59,015 bases of DNA from a virus (lineage: Duplodnaviria > Caudoviricetes). This document shows, in pieces, positions 18,831-29,260 of the stretch. Where the stretch lies: the IMG/VR virus record IMGVR_UViG_3300003653_000051, positions 1 to 59,015 of that record; one strand, given 5' to 3'. Under the pieces are notes generated by a model. That model did not search any database, was not told the DNA's origin, and was given only the letters and a program-made list of their open reading frames with translations. Both the position numbers and the translations under genes were made by a program. Position 1 is the first letter of the stretch; the number at the start of each line of letters is the position of its first letter.

Positions 18831-19970
18831 TCAGTAACCTTCCTGGTGGAGCCCGGCGACAATACCCGCAGCCCGAAGCGATTGCATCTGCTCGTACACG
18901 CTGTTCAACAGCGCGTCCTGTTCAACATCCCTGCCATCATAGGCGATGCAGAGATCCTCACCATCCCCAAACGTCCCAGAATCTGGAAGGTCGTAGGCTG
19001 GGATCGCCCTTCTCCCTCCCGAGACAGGAGACCGGAGCATCTCGGCGGAGAGGGGTGCAAGATCGTCGTAGGCCCCGCCGAAGTCCGACAGTGGCTGGAT
19101 CTTCCCCACCACAACGTAGAACGTGCCCCACTGCTCGCGATCATCCGCGTACCAGTCGATGCTGGGAAAGTACCGTGGGCGTGGGTCGTCGTAGGTGAAG
19201 ACCTGCCCGTCGAGACCATCGGGGAGATCGTAGGCGGTCTGGAAGTCTGTCTCCCATGATTCCAACAGCTCCCACCGCGCCTGGGAGGGTCCCAGAAGGA
19301 TGGTGAGCATCCGCTCCATGGCCCCGGGGGTCAGGTTATCCGGGAGGTTCCTGGTCCTGTAGGAGAGCGCCTCATCAGGTTCCCCCGCGTACCGATGGAG
19401 ATTGTTCTGGACTGCCAGGAGATCCAGCATGGGGCTTCGCCCGCCGAGGGTGCTGGTGACAGACCGGACCATGACGTTGGGGTCACCGTAGGCCGGTGAC
19501 TGGATCATGGTCCTGACCGTCTGGATCTCCCCCGGGATGGTGCCCTGGGGTGCAACCACAGGCCCATCCGTGTTTGCCTGGAAGTCCTGGAAGACCGAGC
19601 GAACACCGACGGTATGTGGCCCGGGATCGGCTACCCCGAAGGTAGCGTCCTGGATGGTGCGGAAGAGCTTTCCCCCTACAGCCTCCACGATGGTCCCGGA
19701 GAGGACCACCACGGCGGGGCCCACGGCAGCCGTCCTGTAGAACTCCACGAGCCCTGTGGAATACGCACCGCCCGATGCGTAGGATGCGAAGAGCCCCTCT
19801 CCTGTGACATGGACAGCCGTGGAGACTCGGGCAAGCTGTACCGCCTGTGCCCGGATGATCTCGTAGCCCTCTCCTGCTTTGAGCCCGTTGAGGTAGTCGG
19901 GCTCCATGACCCGATCCGCCAGTGCCAGCAGATCCGCCGAGGACCGGATCATCAATCCTGATCCGTGCAT
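18831..19970 (-). CDS. baseplate wedge subunit
   Basis: Follows the J-like gene; RYAGEPDEALSYR and C-terminal RAAG motifs. Confidence 0.65.
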   Translation of the reverse strand: MHGSGLMIRSSADLLALADRVMEPDYLNGLKAGEGYEIIRAQAVQLARVSTAVHVTGEGLFASYASGGAYSTGLVEFYRTAAVGPAVVVLSGTIVEAVGGKLFRTIQDATFGVADPGPHTVGVRSVFQDFQANTDGPVVAPQGTIPGEIQTVRTMIQSPAYGDPNVMVRSVTSTLGGRSPMLDLLAVQNNLHRYAGEPDEALSYRTRNLPDNLTPGAMERMLTILLGPSQARWELLESWETDFQTAYDLPDGLDGQVFTYDDPRPRYFPSIDWYADDREQWGTFYVVVGKIQPLSDFGGAYDDLAPLSAEMLRSPVSGGRRAIPAYDLPDSGTFGDGEDLCIAYDGRDVEQDALLNSVYEQMQSLRAAGIVAGLHQEGY

Positions 19971-19973
19971 CGC

Positions 19974-21125
19974 CTACCCAACCGTGGTGGTGAAGGTGGT
20001 GGAGGTTCGCAGTACCTGACCGGGTGCTGGTACTACGTTCCCAATCGGGGAGAGGAACTCTCCCCCTGTGTAGTACAGCCCCGAGATCTTGGAGATGGCG
20101 TCCCGCATCGTCTGGAGCACCAGAACTTGTCCGGGGCGGAGGTTATTCACCAGTTGGATCAGGGTGGTGATCACGATGGCGCGCACGGCGTCCGCATCCG
20201 CCCCCGCCGTATAGTTCAGGGAGAGTTTGATGGGCTGGATCACCACCTGCGCGAAGGTCACTACGACACCCACTCCCGCCGCTCGCCACTCCCTAAGCAG
20301 CGCATCCAGTTGGGTCCGAAGGCTTGCAAGCTGCGCTGCGTAGCCCGGTGGGACGGTAGATGCGGTGACGAACTGCTCGGTGTAGGTGTCTGCCACCACA
20401 GCCTGGACGTAGCCGATGGGCCTGCCCAGGATGTCCAGGTTCTCCAGGACGGTGACCTTCACAATCCCGGCGACGGAGAGGATGGCCTGCTCGATGGCAC
20501 CCACCGTGGCCCTCCGTGCGGCCAGATAGTAGAGCCTGTAGCGGAGCGCGTAGTCCCCATCCAGCTCACGGTCCTCACCCCCGAAGGTAGCTGCCTCGTT
20601 GCTCACGGTCATCCCAACCGCAGGTGACCCTGCGATCGTCGAGGTGAGGTTGACGATCTTGTTGGCCGACGCCTTCTGACTGGCCCCAGCCACCACAGAG
20701 CGGATGGGCACCCGGATGGATGCAGCCCCGATGGCCACGGAGAAGGAGCCCACCGTGCCAAACTGGATCCCATCTGCCGTGGTGGCCACCGTCCCCTCGG
20801 GGATGGTGAAGGCCCCCACTACGGCAGGTGTAAAGCTGAAGGTCAGGTAGCCAAAGCTGGGTGCCGCCTGCTTGCGGATGAGATCCGGGTAGCGATCCGT
20901 GATCAGACGATCCAGGGCAGCACCGCGCGCGGTGCCGACGAAGAGGTCGCCACGAAGGCTGGCAAGCTGCCCGGTGACCTCATCTGCCATGGCAGCCCCA
21001 GAGGCAATCAGGATGTTGAGGTCCGAGCCAACCCGAGCCACCTCCTCCATACTGAGGCGTGGGTTGCGTACCAGGGCCTCTGTCTGCCCGATCCTCATGA
21101 GGTCGGGGAAGCTGGGAAGATCCAT
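19974..21125 (-). CDS. baseplate J-like protein
   Basis: TARGAALDRL, IPEGTV, GGEDRELDGDYALR, ATVGAIE...VAGI. Confidence 0.88.
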   Translation of the reverse strand: MDLPSFPDLMRIGQTEALVRNPRLSMEEVARVGSDLNILIASGAAMADEVTGQLASLRGDLFVGTARGAALDRLITDRYPDLIRKQAAPSFGYLTFSFTPAVVGAFTIPEGTVATTADGIQFGTVGSFSVAIGAASIRVPIRSVVAGASQKASANKIVNLTSTIAGSPAVGMTVSNEAATFGGEDRELDGDYALRYRLYYLAARRATVGAIEQAILSVAGIVKVTVLENLDILGRPIGYVQAVVADTYTEQFVTASTVPPGYAAQLASLRTQLDALLREWRAAGVGVVVTFAQVVIQPIKLSLNYTAGADADAVRAIVITTLIQLVNNLRPGQVLVLQTMRDAISKISGLYYTGGEFLSPIGNVVPAPGQVLRTSTTFTTTVG

Positions 21126-21137
21126 AAGGTCAGAACC

Positions 21138-21899
21138 TCAAGAAGCCGAGATGGCGGTTTCCAGTTCGCCCTGTGCGGTTTGCACCTTGGCGCGGATGGA
21201 TAGTAACCCAGAACCCAGGGAGAGTGCGACGTGCGCCGACAGAACACCGGGCTCTCGGAGGATCTCCTCCGTGATCGCCCGCTGAAGACTTGGAAGGCTG
21301 CTCATCCGTAGCAGGCCCTTGATCTTCAGGCCCACCCCGAACTCCCCCTCGGGGATGTGGAAGAAGCTCCCCGGCATGGTGGTCAGCCTCCGGTAGATCA
21401 TCTTCCGCAAGAGGTCCACCCCGTAGACCCTCGCGTACCCGCCAGCCTCCGTGGTCTTCAGGCTCCCCGCTACAATATCCGTAGTGAGGAGGTCGAATGG
21501 GCCCGAAGGCTCCCGAAGCTCCGTCGCCGGAATCACCCCGCGGAACTCTAGGGAGTACGGGAGCGACACCAGAACCAAGTTCTCCGCCTGGAGAGAGACA
21601 GAGCCCACGGTATGGAGATAGTTCCAGCTCGCCAGAGGCTCCCGCAGGATGATGAGCACCCTGCGGTCTGTGATCTTCTGCACCAGAATCGGGGTGAAGA
21701 GCTGGACGGGGCTCACCTGAGTCACCGTCCAGGTCCTGGGATTGAGCGCGTCTCCCGTGGACAGTGCCGAGCTGATTCGGAGGGGGCGTGAGCAGGTGAC
21801 CAACACCGCATGGGTGCTCACCGCAACAGCCTCCTCCAGAAGTAGGAACGGGGACGCCCCCCATGGCGTGAGCCCCCAGGATCCAAGGCCAAAGCTCAC
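21138..21899 (-). CDS. baseplate wedge gp25/gpW-like protein with N-terminal extension
   Basis: C-terminal LRKMIYRRLTTMPGSFFHIPEGEFGVGL...EILREPGV. Confidence 0.7.
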   Translation of the reverse strand: MSFGLGSWGLTPWGASPFLLLEEAVAVSTHAVLVTCSRPLRISSALSTGDALNPRTWTVTQVSPVQLFTPILVQKITDRRVLIILREPLASWNYLHTVGSVSLQAENLVLVSLPYSLEFRGVIPATELREPSGPFDLLTTDIVAGSLKTTEAGGYARVYGVDLLRKMIYRRLTTMPGSFFHIPEGEFGVGLKIKGLLRMSSLPSLQRAITEEILREPGVLSAHVALSLGSGLLSIRAKVQTAQGELETAISAS

Positions 21900-22132
21900 G
21901 AGATCACCGCCGACCCCGTACCAGGGCCTGAGATTCCCACACCGGGGGTCACAGCGCCCACACTAGCTACCGTGACCGTCACGGTAGCGGTGATGATATG
22001 CGCCACGATGGCGTTCCCCATGGCCTCGAAGATTGCCTCGCGCTGAGCAGCGCCCGCGGTGGTGTTTGCGGCCACCGCGCTGTCGATGTTGCCCCTGATC
22101 AGCGCACCCAGAATAGCTCCGTTCAGTGGCAT
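21896..22132 (-). CDS. small baseplate / spike-tip candidate (78 aa)
   Basis: MPLNGAIL...GPGTGSAVIS; TGATG-coupled to the spike gene. Confidence 0.6.
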   Translation of the reverse strand: MPLNGAILGALIRGNIDSAVAANTTAGAAQREAIFEAMGNAIVAHIITATVTVTVASVGAVTPGVGISGPGTGSAVIS

Positions 22133-22758
22133 CAGCTCTTCCTTGCGAAGACCTTGGAGGACGTGTTCCCCAGGGCTGTCTGTGTAGCCCCGGTGAAAGA
22201 ATCGAAGGCTTCCCCCTGTACCACTCCCTGGAGTGCAGTGTGCTCGCTCATCCCAAGGTTCACGGTGCCGCCCGCGACGTTCAGGTTGACGTTCCCTGCC
22301 CCCTCGACCTTGAGGGTGATGTTCGCACCTGCGGAGACGATGATCACCGTGTCCGTACCCGGCTTGGCCCGGAGAACGACAAGCTGTGCGGGCTCGTACT
22401 GGTTCTCCAGCCCTGGGATGGCGGCTCCCTGCATCTCGGGGAAGGGCTTGTCGCCCGCATCCCACATCCTGGCGATGATGATGGGGCCTTGAGAGCAGTC
22501 GCCATCTGGGATGGCGATGAGCACGGTGTCATCCACCTGGAGGGGCATGTAGAGGCCGTAGCCACCCCCCGCGTAGGGCACGCCCATAAAGGCTGTCTCG
22601 GGCTCCTCGTTGGGGAGGAGGGAGATGTCCGCGAAGATGCCCTCGTTGGGGTCCACAACGATGTCATCCACGATGGCCAGCTTGAGGTGGTAGCGGGTGT
22701 CGATCCCCGGACGTGCCACAAGCTGTGAGATTCTGGAGGCGAGAAGTCCGCGGCTCAT
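22132..22758 (-). CDS. baseplate spike gpV-like protein
   Basis: YAGGGYGLYMPLQVDDTVLIAIPDGD OB-fold signature; C-terminal beta repeats. Confidence 0.8.
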   Translation of the reverse strand: MSRGLLASRISQLVARPGIDTRYHLKLAIVDDIVVDPNEGIFADISLLPNEEPETAFMGVPYAGGGYGLYMPLQVDDTVLIAIPDGDCSQGPIIIARMWDAGDKPFPEMQGAAIPGLENQYEPAQLVVLRAKPGTDTVIIVSAGANITLKVEGAGNVNLNVAGGTVNLGMSEHTALQGVVQGEAFDSFTGATQTALGNTSSKVFARKS

Positions 22759-24836
22759 AGCGGTACCCACCGTGACACTCCACCCATCGAGGTTCCAAAA
22801 CCAGCGAGACCGCCGCTGGGGGGTCCGCCGCTGGTGAGTCCAGGTTCAACCCTTGACCCGCCTGTTACGGGTGTATGTGCGTTGGCACTTGTATGAGCTG
22901 CCCTTCGTCCTCTGGCATGGTCCGCGGAAATGCGCTGTGCCCGCTGCTGTGCTGTCTCTGCCGCGATGTAGTCCCAGCGCGGCGTCCAGTAGTTCTGGAT
23001 CTCACACTTCACGGTCATCTCCGAGTCTGACCAATCCAGGTTCACACCAGAGACCCGGAAGTACCTGAGAACACCCATGATGTTCCCCCTGGCAGATGCC
23101 ACGATGGCACGGGAGAGGTTCTCGTCCAGGAGGATTGCCTGGACCTCCCTTACTGCCTGTGAGAATGGGAGCTGCGAAGTCCTATTCAGGGTGGAGACGA
23201 TGGGGCTGTTGTGGTCCAGGCGAGACGAATCCACCAGGATCTCGATGGGATCGCCCACCCTAAGCCTGATCATGTCAGGGTCCGCATTGCGCTCCTCGGA
23301 GGTGCCACCCCCGTAGGAACAAAGCCCCGCAGCTTCGATGTCACCCTTGATCTCTCCGCGCCCAATCTGCTCGTAGAGACAAATGGCGATGGAGACAAGC
23401 TGCCTCATGTCCGTGATGCCGTGGACAGGAACACTGAGGATCTCGGAGCTTTCCTGACCTCCGATGGAGTCCCGAATATCCCTGCCATGTGTGCTCGTCA
23501 GGAAGTCCTGACGCCCCTCTGCCGTGTTCCTCGGGGGCCAGTACGCCTCCATCATCCGTGCAGGATGGTGGCCCCTGTGGGGCGTGGACAGGTTGGTGTT
23601 CACGATCCTTACGGTCTTGGGCTTGGCGTGCCCGGAGTACTGGCGGGTGATCTTCAGGCTCTTGATGTCCCGCCCGTAGACCAGACGGCGGATGCCCCAG
23701 GAGTCCCCACTCCCATCCCTACGTTTCTCGTTGGGGCGGAACGGCGTGTCCGTGTGCTCGCGGCGGAGTGCCTCAAACAGCGCGCGTCCGGGTCGGATGA
23801 TGAGATCCCTCCCAACGAAGCTGGGGATACACCCGACCAGGAAGCAATATCTTGTAATTACGTCCCAGAAGTTGAGACCGGAGCTTCCACCACCTGCGGC
23901 ACTCCCGCCACCACCCGCACCCCGGCGATGCCGGGGAATATGGGATGCGTTCCCCGGAGATGGGATGACGCCATCCTCAAACTGATCCGGGTTGCAGATT
24001 ACACGGATGGGGAACGGTAGCTTCTTGATCTGGTCATGCTCATGGAGGATCTGGCGAACCAGAACGTCAATAGTTTTGGAGCAGTCCAGCCTGGAGAGGA
24101 TGCTGGTCTGCGGAGCTCGGTGCCTGTGCCGTCCCGCAGGTGTGGGGTGTGCTGTGGTGCCGCCGTCACGCGGCAGTGACTGGCCCGCAGCAACCTCCGC
24201 AGCCGAGGGGGGCTGTGGGGGTGGTGCAGGTGCTGGGTGTGCTGGCTGGGCTACCGTCCCGCCAGCGGTGTGTGTATGGCGTGACGGTGTGCCGTGGCGG
24301 CGGTGTTGATCCCTCGGTGTGACCAGGGGTGAGTCCAGGAGCAGTCCACGAAGGTCGCGACCTTCTAGGTGGACTTCCCCCCCGTCCTCTCCCTGATCCA
24401 CGCTCCACTTGTCTACCAAGCCTACGAGACGTAGGTGGCGGTCCAGCGTGCGACCTTGTGGGGTTCTTGTTACCAGGATGGAACGGCGAACTCCTGGGGA
24501 TGTCTCGCGCTGGATGCCTTCCGAAAATGCTCCTGGTGTGACTGTCCCTGCGTAGATCTCCACCCTGGCAGCCACGATGGTACGCGGGTCAATGGGGAGT
24601 TCTTTGTAGTCGAAGACCAGCTTGAAGGTAGCTGCCTGTGTGTGGCCCTGGAAGTCGATGGAGCACTTCCGGGGTACACGGTTCATGATCTGCGCCCCGA
24701 TGGAGTTGGGCTGTGTCACCAGTGGCTCGTTCTGGAAGCTGTCTCCGCCCTCATTCACGCGGATGAACAGCTTATCCTCAAACTTGAGGATCAGATGGAC
24801 TACGAGGCTGGGGTAGCTGGTGACCTGTCCGCCCAT
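22755..24836 (-). CDS. baseplate hub / gpD-like tail protein
   Basis: GLVDKW...LEGRDLRGLLLD; lies between the LysM gene and the spike. Confidence 0.7.
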   Translation of the reverse strand: MGGQVTSYPSLVVHLILKFEDKLFIRVNEGGDSFQNEPLVTQPNSIGAQIMNRVPRKCSIDFQGHTQAATFKLVFDYKELPIDPRTIVAARVEIYAGTVTPGAFSEGIQRETSPGVRRSILVTRTPQGRTLDRHLRLVGLVDKWSVDQGEDGGEVHLEGRDLRGLLLDSPLVTPRDQHRRHGTPSRHTHTAGGTVAQPAHPAPAPPPQPPSAAEVAAGQSLPRDGGTTAHPTPAGRHRHRAPQTSILSRLDCSKTIDVLVRQILHEHDQIKKLPFPIRVICNPDQFEDGVIPSPGNASHIPRHRRGAGGGGSAAGGGSSGLNFWDVITRYCFLVGCIPSFVGRDLIIRPGRALFEALRREHTDTPFRPNEKRRDGSGDSWGIRRLVYGRDIKSLKITRQYSGHAKPKTVRIVNTNLSTPHRGHHPARMMEAYWPPRNTAEGRQDFLTSTHGRDIRDSIGGQESSEILSVPVHGITDMRQLVSIAICLYEQIGRGEIKGDIEAAGLCSYGGGTSEERNADPDMIRLRVGDPIEILVDSSRLDHNSPIVSTLNRTSQLPFSQAVREVQAILLDENLSRAIVASARGNIMGVLRYFRVSGVNLDWSDSEMTVKCEIQNYWTPRWDYIAAETAQQRAQRISADHARGRRAAHTSANAHTPVTGGSRVEPGLTSGGPPSGGLAGFGTSMGGVSRWVPL

Positions 24837-24838
24837 GG

Positions 24839-26098
24839 CTAGCCCTGCTCATCGGGGCTGATCCCGAGGTTGGGGATGATCAAGAGCTGCCCTGCGTAGA
24901 GTTCGGTGGTGTCGAGCTCATTCCATGTCATCAGGGCTCGCCATTGGGTTGGGTTGCCGTAGTAGCGGCTGGAGACATCCCGGAGATCCTCGCCTTCACG
25001 GGCTCGGTAGGTGTCGAGGATCTGTGCAGTGGGTGTGTCCAGAGCACGCTGTCGGATCACTGCCTCATCACGGAGGCGGCGTGCATCTGTGATGGTTTCG
25101 CGGACGTAGAGCTGCATCCGGATCACCCTCTCAGGGTCGATGCTCTCCAGGGCAGCAATGGCCAGAGCATCCGCCGTTCTCTCTTCTGCTAGAGATGCGC
25201 TAGGGCCCCCGAAGGGGAGGATGCTCTGTGGGTCCGTGAAGAGCAGGGGCCACCCCTGATCTTCCACCATATCCTTGATGAGCTGTGCAGAGCTGGCGAT
25301 ACCCCCCAGGGATGTCTGGAGTGTGGATCCCACATTCAGAAGCTCCGATACATCACTGGCGAAGCCGCTCACGGAGTCATCGAAGGCGCGTGAGAAGGAG
25401 TCGATCCTGTTCACCGTGTTCCTGAAGCCCTCCATGGCAGGCCCCAGGATAGCGTGGGGCGTATCCAAGATTCGGGAGATCAGCCGGAGCAGCTCCCGGA
25501 GTGCGCCGCCTGTCTCCATCATCCCGGCTGGGGGTCCGTAGAGGGGCGAGCTGGTGGGGAGATTCTGGGACACCCATGCGAAGGTGGCTGACCACTCGCA
25601 ATCATGGATGTTGTGCCACTTCTGTCCGAACTTCTTGAGGTAGCCCCGGCGGCTGATGTAGCCCCATGTCACCTGGAGAAGCTGCCCCTCCCTTCGGATG
25701 GAATCAAAGAGCAGGGTGGCATCCACCGCAGACGTGACCTGGGTGCCCGACGCGCGAATATCCATGCTACTAGCCGCTGCACTCGGGCTGCCCTGGTATG
25801 GTTGGATCATCTCGATGGAGGACCGCTGCCCCTGGCGCGTGTCCCCGATGAACTTGTCCTTCCAGTACCCCGAGATGTCCGTGGTCCCCTCCGTGGGGCC
25901 CATCACCGTCGCCCATCCCTCGGGGTTGCCCGGTGGGTTGGTCACCTTCACACGCTGCTCCCCCTCCACAGAGAACGGCCCAATGGGCAGGCCACGCCCC
26001 GTCAGGGCCACCGTGCGCTTGCGCCCGGTCATCTCTCTGATGACGAAGGCTGGCACCTCTAGGACGGGTGCTGGTCCAACAACTTGTTCGGGGGGCAC
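24839..26098 (-). CDS. tail tube initiator-like protein with C-terminal LysM domain
   Basis: YRAREGEDLRDVSSRYYGNPTQWRALMTWNEL...GQLLIIP; directly after the tape measure. Confidence 0.8.
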   Translation of the reverse strand: MPPEQVVGPAPVLEVPAFVIREMTGRKRTVALTGRGLPIGPFSVEGEQRVKVTNPPGNPEGWATVMGPTEGTTDISGYWKDKFIGDTRQGQRSSIEMIQPYQGSPSAAASSMDIRASGTQVTSAVDATLLFDSIRREGQLLQVTWGYISRRGYLKKFGQKWHNIHDCEWSATFAWVSQNLPTSSPLYGPPAGMMETGGALRELLRLISRILDTPHAILGPAMEGFRNTVNRIDSFSRAFDDSVSGFASDVSELLNVGSTLQTSLGGIASSAQLIKDMVEDQGWPLLFTDPQSILPFGGPSASLAEERTADALAIAALESIDPERVIRMQLYVRETITDARRLRDEAVIRQRALDTPTAQILDTYRAREGEDLRDVSSRYYGNPTQWRALMTWNELDTTELYAGQLLIIPNLGISPDEQG

Positions 26099-26119
26099 GG
26101 TGGGTAGCTTACACCAGGA

Positions 26120-28153
26120 TCATGTGGAGCTGAATCCAGGAGTGAACCCGGAGGACAGGGGCCGCTCTGCCATGGCCTGTAGATCCGTGACAAAGGCGGT
26201 TGATACCCGGTCAGGATCGAAGCCATCCGCGAACTTCTGGGTGATGTCGAACCTGCTGAACCTGAAGTCGTTGTGGGTATGGGGCCGCGCCGCTGTGGTG
26301 CCATGGCCCGTCCGTGTCATATCCGCCGTAGCAGCCGTCAAGGTTGCCCTTAGCTCCGCAAGCCACGCCCCCGTACTGTCCGCGGCTGTCGTGCTCTGTA
26401 GTTCAGTCTGCCGTGCAAGGTACTCACCCTCAGTGCGGAGGTGCATGATAAAGAGTAGGTAGTTCACAGATTCCCCAAGCTCGGAACTTAGGGTGGTGAG
26501 CGTTCGCCCAAACACCCTCACAAGATCAACAAAGCTAACACCCTCCACTACCGCCCCACCAAAGACTGCGATGAACCCATTTATGGTGGCCCCTAGCGCC
26601 ACCATAAATATCTCCAGGACAGCCGCAGCTCCCATGAACCCCGCGAGAAGCACCAGGGCTACCGACATCACGATAAACCCAAGAATCTGAAAGACTGTCA
26701 ATACCACCCCCAACACACTAAGTATGCTCGTGACGATACTTGCTAGTATGTTGAGCACCGCAGGTAGCACAACGGCAACGATGGGTACAAGTGCCATCAT
26801 AAACGCATCGTATAGTGCGTATGCCCCGCGCGCCAGTACTAGGATTGGTGTGATTACATCTACCAACGCGGATGTAAAACTCGCTACGCTACCTCCAGTG
26901 TTCCCTGTGGTAAACATGCGTACAATGACATCTGAAATGATGAACCCGATGGGCCCCATCCCAATCCCAAGTACACGAAGCATGATAGCTGGTAGCCCTG
27001 CGGACACTATACCCGCCATCATACTCGTCGTGCCAAGCGCACCCCCCGCTGCATCTGCTATTCCAGATCCTGCTTGGCGGACTGTCCCAAATACCTTGCC
27101 AAAGAAGTTCACAACGGTCTGTGCGGTGTTACCGATCGAGACTGCATGGGTTGTGAGCCATGCACTCATGCGGTCAATGGGTGGCCCAATGCCCATGATC
27201 TTTTCTGTGACCCACTGAAGCGCGATTGCGACCTTGGTTCCCAGTACAAAGCCAACTTGGTTCAGGATTGGTGTGAATATCGCAAGTTGTGTGTTGGCTG
27301 CTTCGATTGCCTTCTTGAATCCGTCGAAGATGGGTTCTGTGGCGACGAGGTATATCTCATGTCTGAATGAGTCGAAGGTGCCCATCACCGCCGCATACGA
27401 GTCCCCCGCCGCATCCATCTGGGGCTGGAGTGCGAGGGAGATGTTCTCCGCAACCTTGATCTTGTCGTCCATGGACATAGCGGAGATCTGCGCCGCTGTA
27501 ACCGCATGTCCGTTCAGTGTAGCGAGCTGCTTCCACACCTCTGTCCATGAGCGATCCGTCATGTGCGGGCCCACGGAGAAGAACTGCATGAGGTCACGAG
27601 CGCCCTGGTCTGCCCCGATCCCGCCTGCAATGGCACCTGCACTCATGTAGCTGGAGATGCGGACTGCCCTACCCTCCGTCATCCCATGGCCTTGGGATAG
27701 GAAGGGTAGTGACTGTTGGAATGCCTGCATGTAGTCATCCGTCCCGCCTGGGAGGCGGGCGGCGAGGACGTTCATGTCTGTGAGGATGCCCCTGGCATTC
27801 GCCCTTGCTTCCGCAAACTGGCTTGCATAGCGGCGTGTGAACTCAGCTCCCTGTGCGGCCTGGGTTGCACCGGGCATGGATGTCGCGATGTCCCTGTGCA
27901 TCTGTACGACGGACTGGCCGACGTATTCATACTGCCGGAGGGTGCGGGCGATGTTGTTGATCTGTTCTTCGCGTTGGCTCCAGGAGTTGGCTACCTGTTG
28001 GAGCGGGCTGATCAGCCCCATGATGGAGGACTGTGCAGCGGTGGCGATATTGGAGACAGCCCACAGGCGCTGGCCCAGATTGATCAGCCCACTGCTGGCT
28101 CCGCCATCAACGAAGGATGCGTAGTAGGAGAGTTCCTGTGCGAGCGCGAACAT
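26120..28153 (-). CDS. tape measure protein
   Basis: Long Ala/Gly-rich helical protein with hydrophobic segments; follows the chaperone genes. Confidence 0.8.
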   Translation of the reverse strand: MFALAQELSYYASFVDGGASSGLINLGQRLWAVSNIATAAQSSIMGLISPLQQVANSWSQREEQINNIARTLRQYEYVGQSVVQMHRDIATSMPGATQAAQGAEFTRRYASQFAEARANARGILTDMNVLAARLPGGTDDYMQAFQQSLPFLSQGHGMTEGRAVRISSYMSAGAIAGGIGADQGARDLMQFFSVGPHMTDRSWTEVWKQLATLNGHAVTAAQISAMSMDDKIKVAENISLALQPQMDAAGDSYAAVMGTFDSFRHEIYLVATEPIFDGFKKAIEAANTQLAIFTPILNQVGFVLGTKVAIALQWVTEKIMGIGPPIDRMSAWLTTHAVSIGNTAQTVVNFFGKVFGTVRQAGSGIADAAGGALGTTSMMAGIVSAGLPAIMLRVLGIGMGPIGFIISDVIVRMFTTGNTGGSVASFTSALVDVITPILVLARGAYALYDAFMMALVPIVAVVLPAVLNILASIVTSILSVLGVVLTVFQILGFIVMSVALVLLAGFMGAAAVLEIFMVALGATINGFIAVFGGAVVEGVSFVDLVRVFGRTLTTLSSELGESVNYLLFIMHLRTEGEYLARQTELQSTTAADSTGAWLAELRATLTAATADMTRTGHGTTAARPHTHNDFRFSRFDITQKFADGFDPDRVSTAFVTDLQAMAERPLSSGFTPGFSST

Positions 28154-28159
28154 GGCGGG

Positions 28160-28400
28160 TTAGTGCTCTGTCCTGTTCTCTTCAGAGATCAGCTTACCCA
28201 GCGCCTCCGAGAAGTCCGCAGTATCGCTGCGGGGCATCCCCATCGCATCCACGAGAGAGATATGTCCGTAGCGACAGAGGATCGCAATGCGCTGCCAGAA
28301 CATAGTACGGTACTCGTCCATTCCCAGTAGCCTAGCTGCGTAGATGCCAACCGCGAACGATGCTACCGGACGGTCGCGCTCGCGGACTGAAGAAAACTGG
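28160..28400 (-). CDS. tail assembly chaperone C-terminal (T-like) segment, probably reached by -1 frameshift
   Basis: Open -1 frame overlaps the end of the upstream gene; IAILCRYGH...MPRS...LISEEN. Confidence 0.55.
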
Positions 28401-28749
28401 CAGCCTGATCCTTGTTGGGCTGATTGACGAAGCTGTACGCCTGGAGAGCCAGCCCACGCCCCTTGGGTCCGATCTCCGCCATGATCTGGTCGATGGAGGA
28501 GTCCGCCGTGCTGATGGCCACGGGGCCGCTGTCCATCTTCACAGCGCCGCAAAGGCTCTCCTTCACCAGCTCCTGCATGAGCACCCCGCCATCCGTGCCC
28601 GCACGGCTGATGGCACGGCTCTCCGCAGAGCCCGTAAGCTCGCGAACCGTGATGGACGTGTAGCCCGTCTCCTGCTGGAGAGTCTCAGGGAAAGTGAAGG
28701 TCACCTCCACAGGGCTGCGGTACGACTTGGGTTGCATTGAATCGTTCAT
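28363..28749 (-). CDS. tail assembly chaperone (G-like)
   Basis: Between tube and TMP; ITVRELTG motif. Confidence 0.7.
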   Translation of the reverse strand: MNDSMQPKSYRSPVEVTFTFPETLQQETGYTSITVRELTGSAESRAISRAGTDGGVLMQELVKESLCGAVKMDSGPVAISTADSSIDQIMAEIGPKGRGLALQAYSFVNQPNKDQAASFLQSASATVR

Positions 28750-28774
28750 GATCGGATTCCCTCTTCATGGTTCA

Positions 28775-28799
28775 GAAACAAAGCGGGTGCTTCCCGCTC
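28775..28799 (-). terminator. rho-independent terminator after the tail tube gene
   Basis: Minus strand AGCGGG-AAGCA-CCCGCT stem followed by TTGTTT. Confidence 0.55.
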
Positions 28800-29237
28800 T
28801 CAGGTCAGGACAACCAGGGCTTCCCGGCAGGCCGCGTCGATCTTCACGGAGACATACTCCGTGCGCCCTCCCGTGGACACAGGAAACGCACCGAACTCCA
28901 CGTCAGGGAAGGTGATCCTGGCCACGTCCCCATTGGGCCATGTCATCGTCGCCTTGATGTTGATTCGCACCCCAGGAGTCCGCCGCTGTGCCTTGGCCAC
29001 AGCGGACTTGATCAGGGAGAAGATCTTGTGGTTGTTGGTGTGTAGCTCCATGTCCATCTTGATCCCGGAGTAGATCGAGTCCTTCCGGCTGGAGGTTTCC
29101 CCCAGGTAGTTCTCGCTCTTGATCTCCAGCTCGTAGGTGAAGTTGAACGAGCGGATGGCGTTGATCTCCTCAATCGGAGTGGAGTTCTGGATGATGAACA
29201 GGCTGACGTTCTGCCCGATTAGCCTCTGTGATGCCAT
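28800..29237 (-). CDS. tail tube protein
   Basis: 145-aa beta-rich protein directly after the sheath. Confidence 0.8.
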   Translation of the reverse strand: MASQRLIGQNVSLFIIQNSTPIEEINAIRSFNFTYELEIKSENYLGETSSRKDSIYSGIKMDMELHTNNHKIFSLIKSAVAKAQRRTPGVRINIKATMTWPNGDVARITFPDVEFGAFPVSTGGRTEYVSVKIDAACREALVVLT

Positions 29238-29260
29238 GGTGCGCTTCTCTCCTACTCAGA

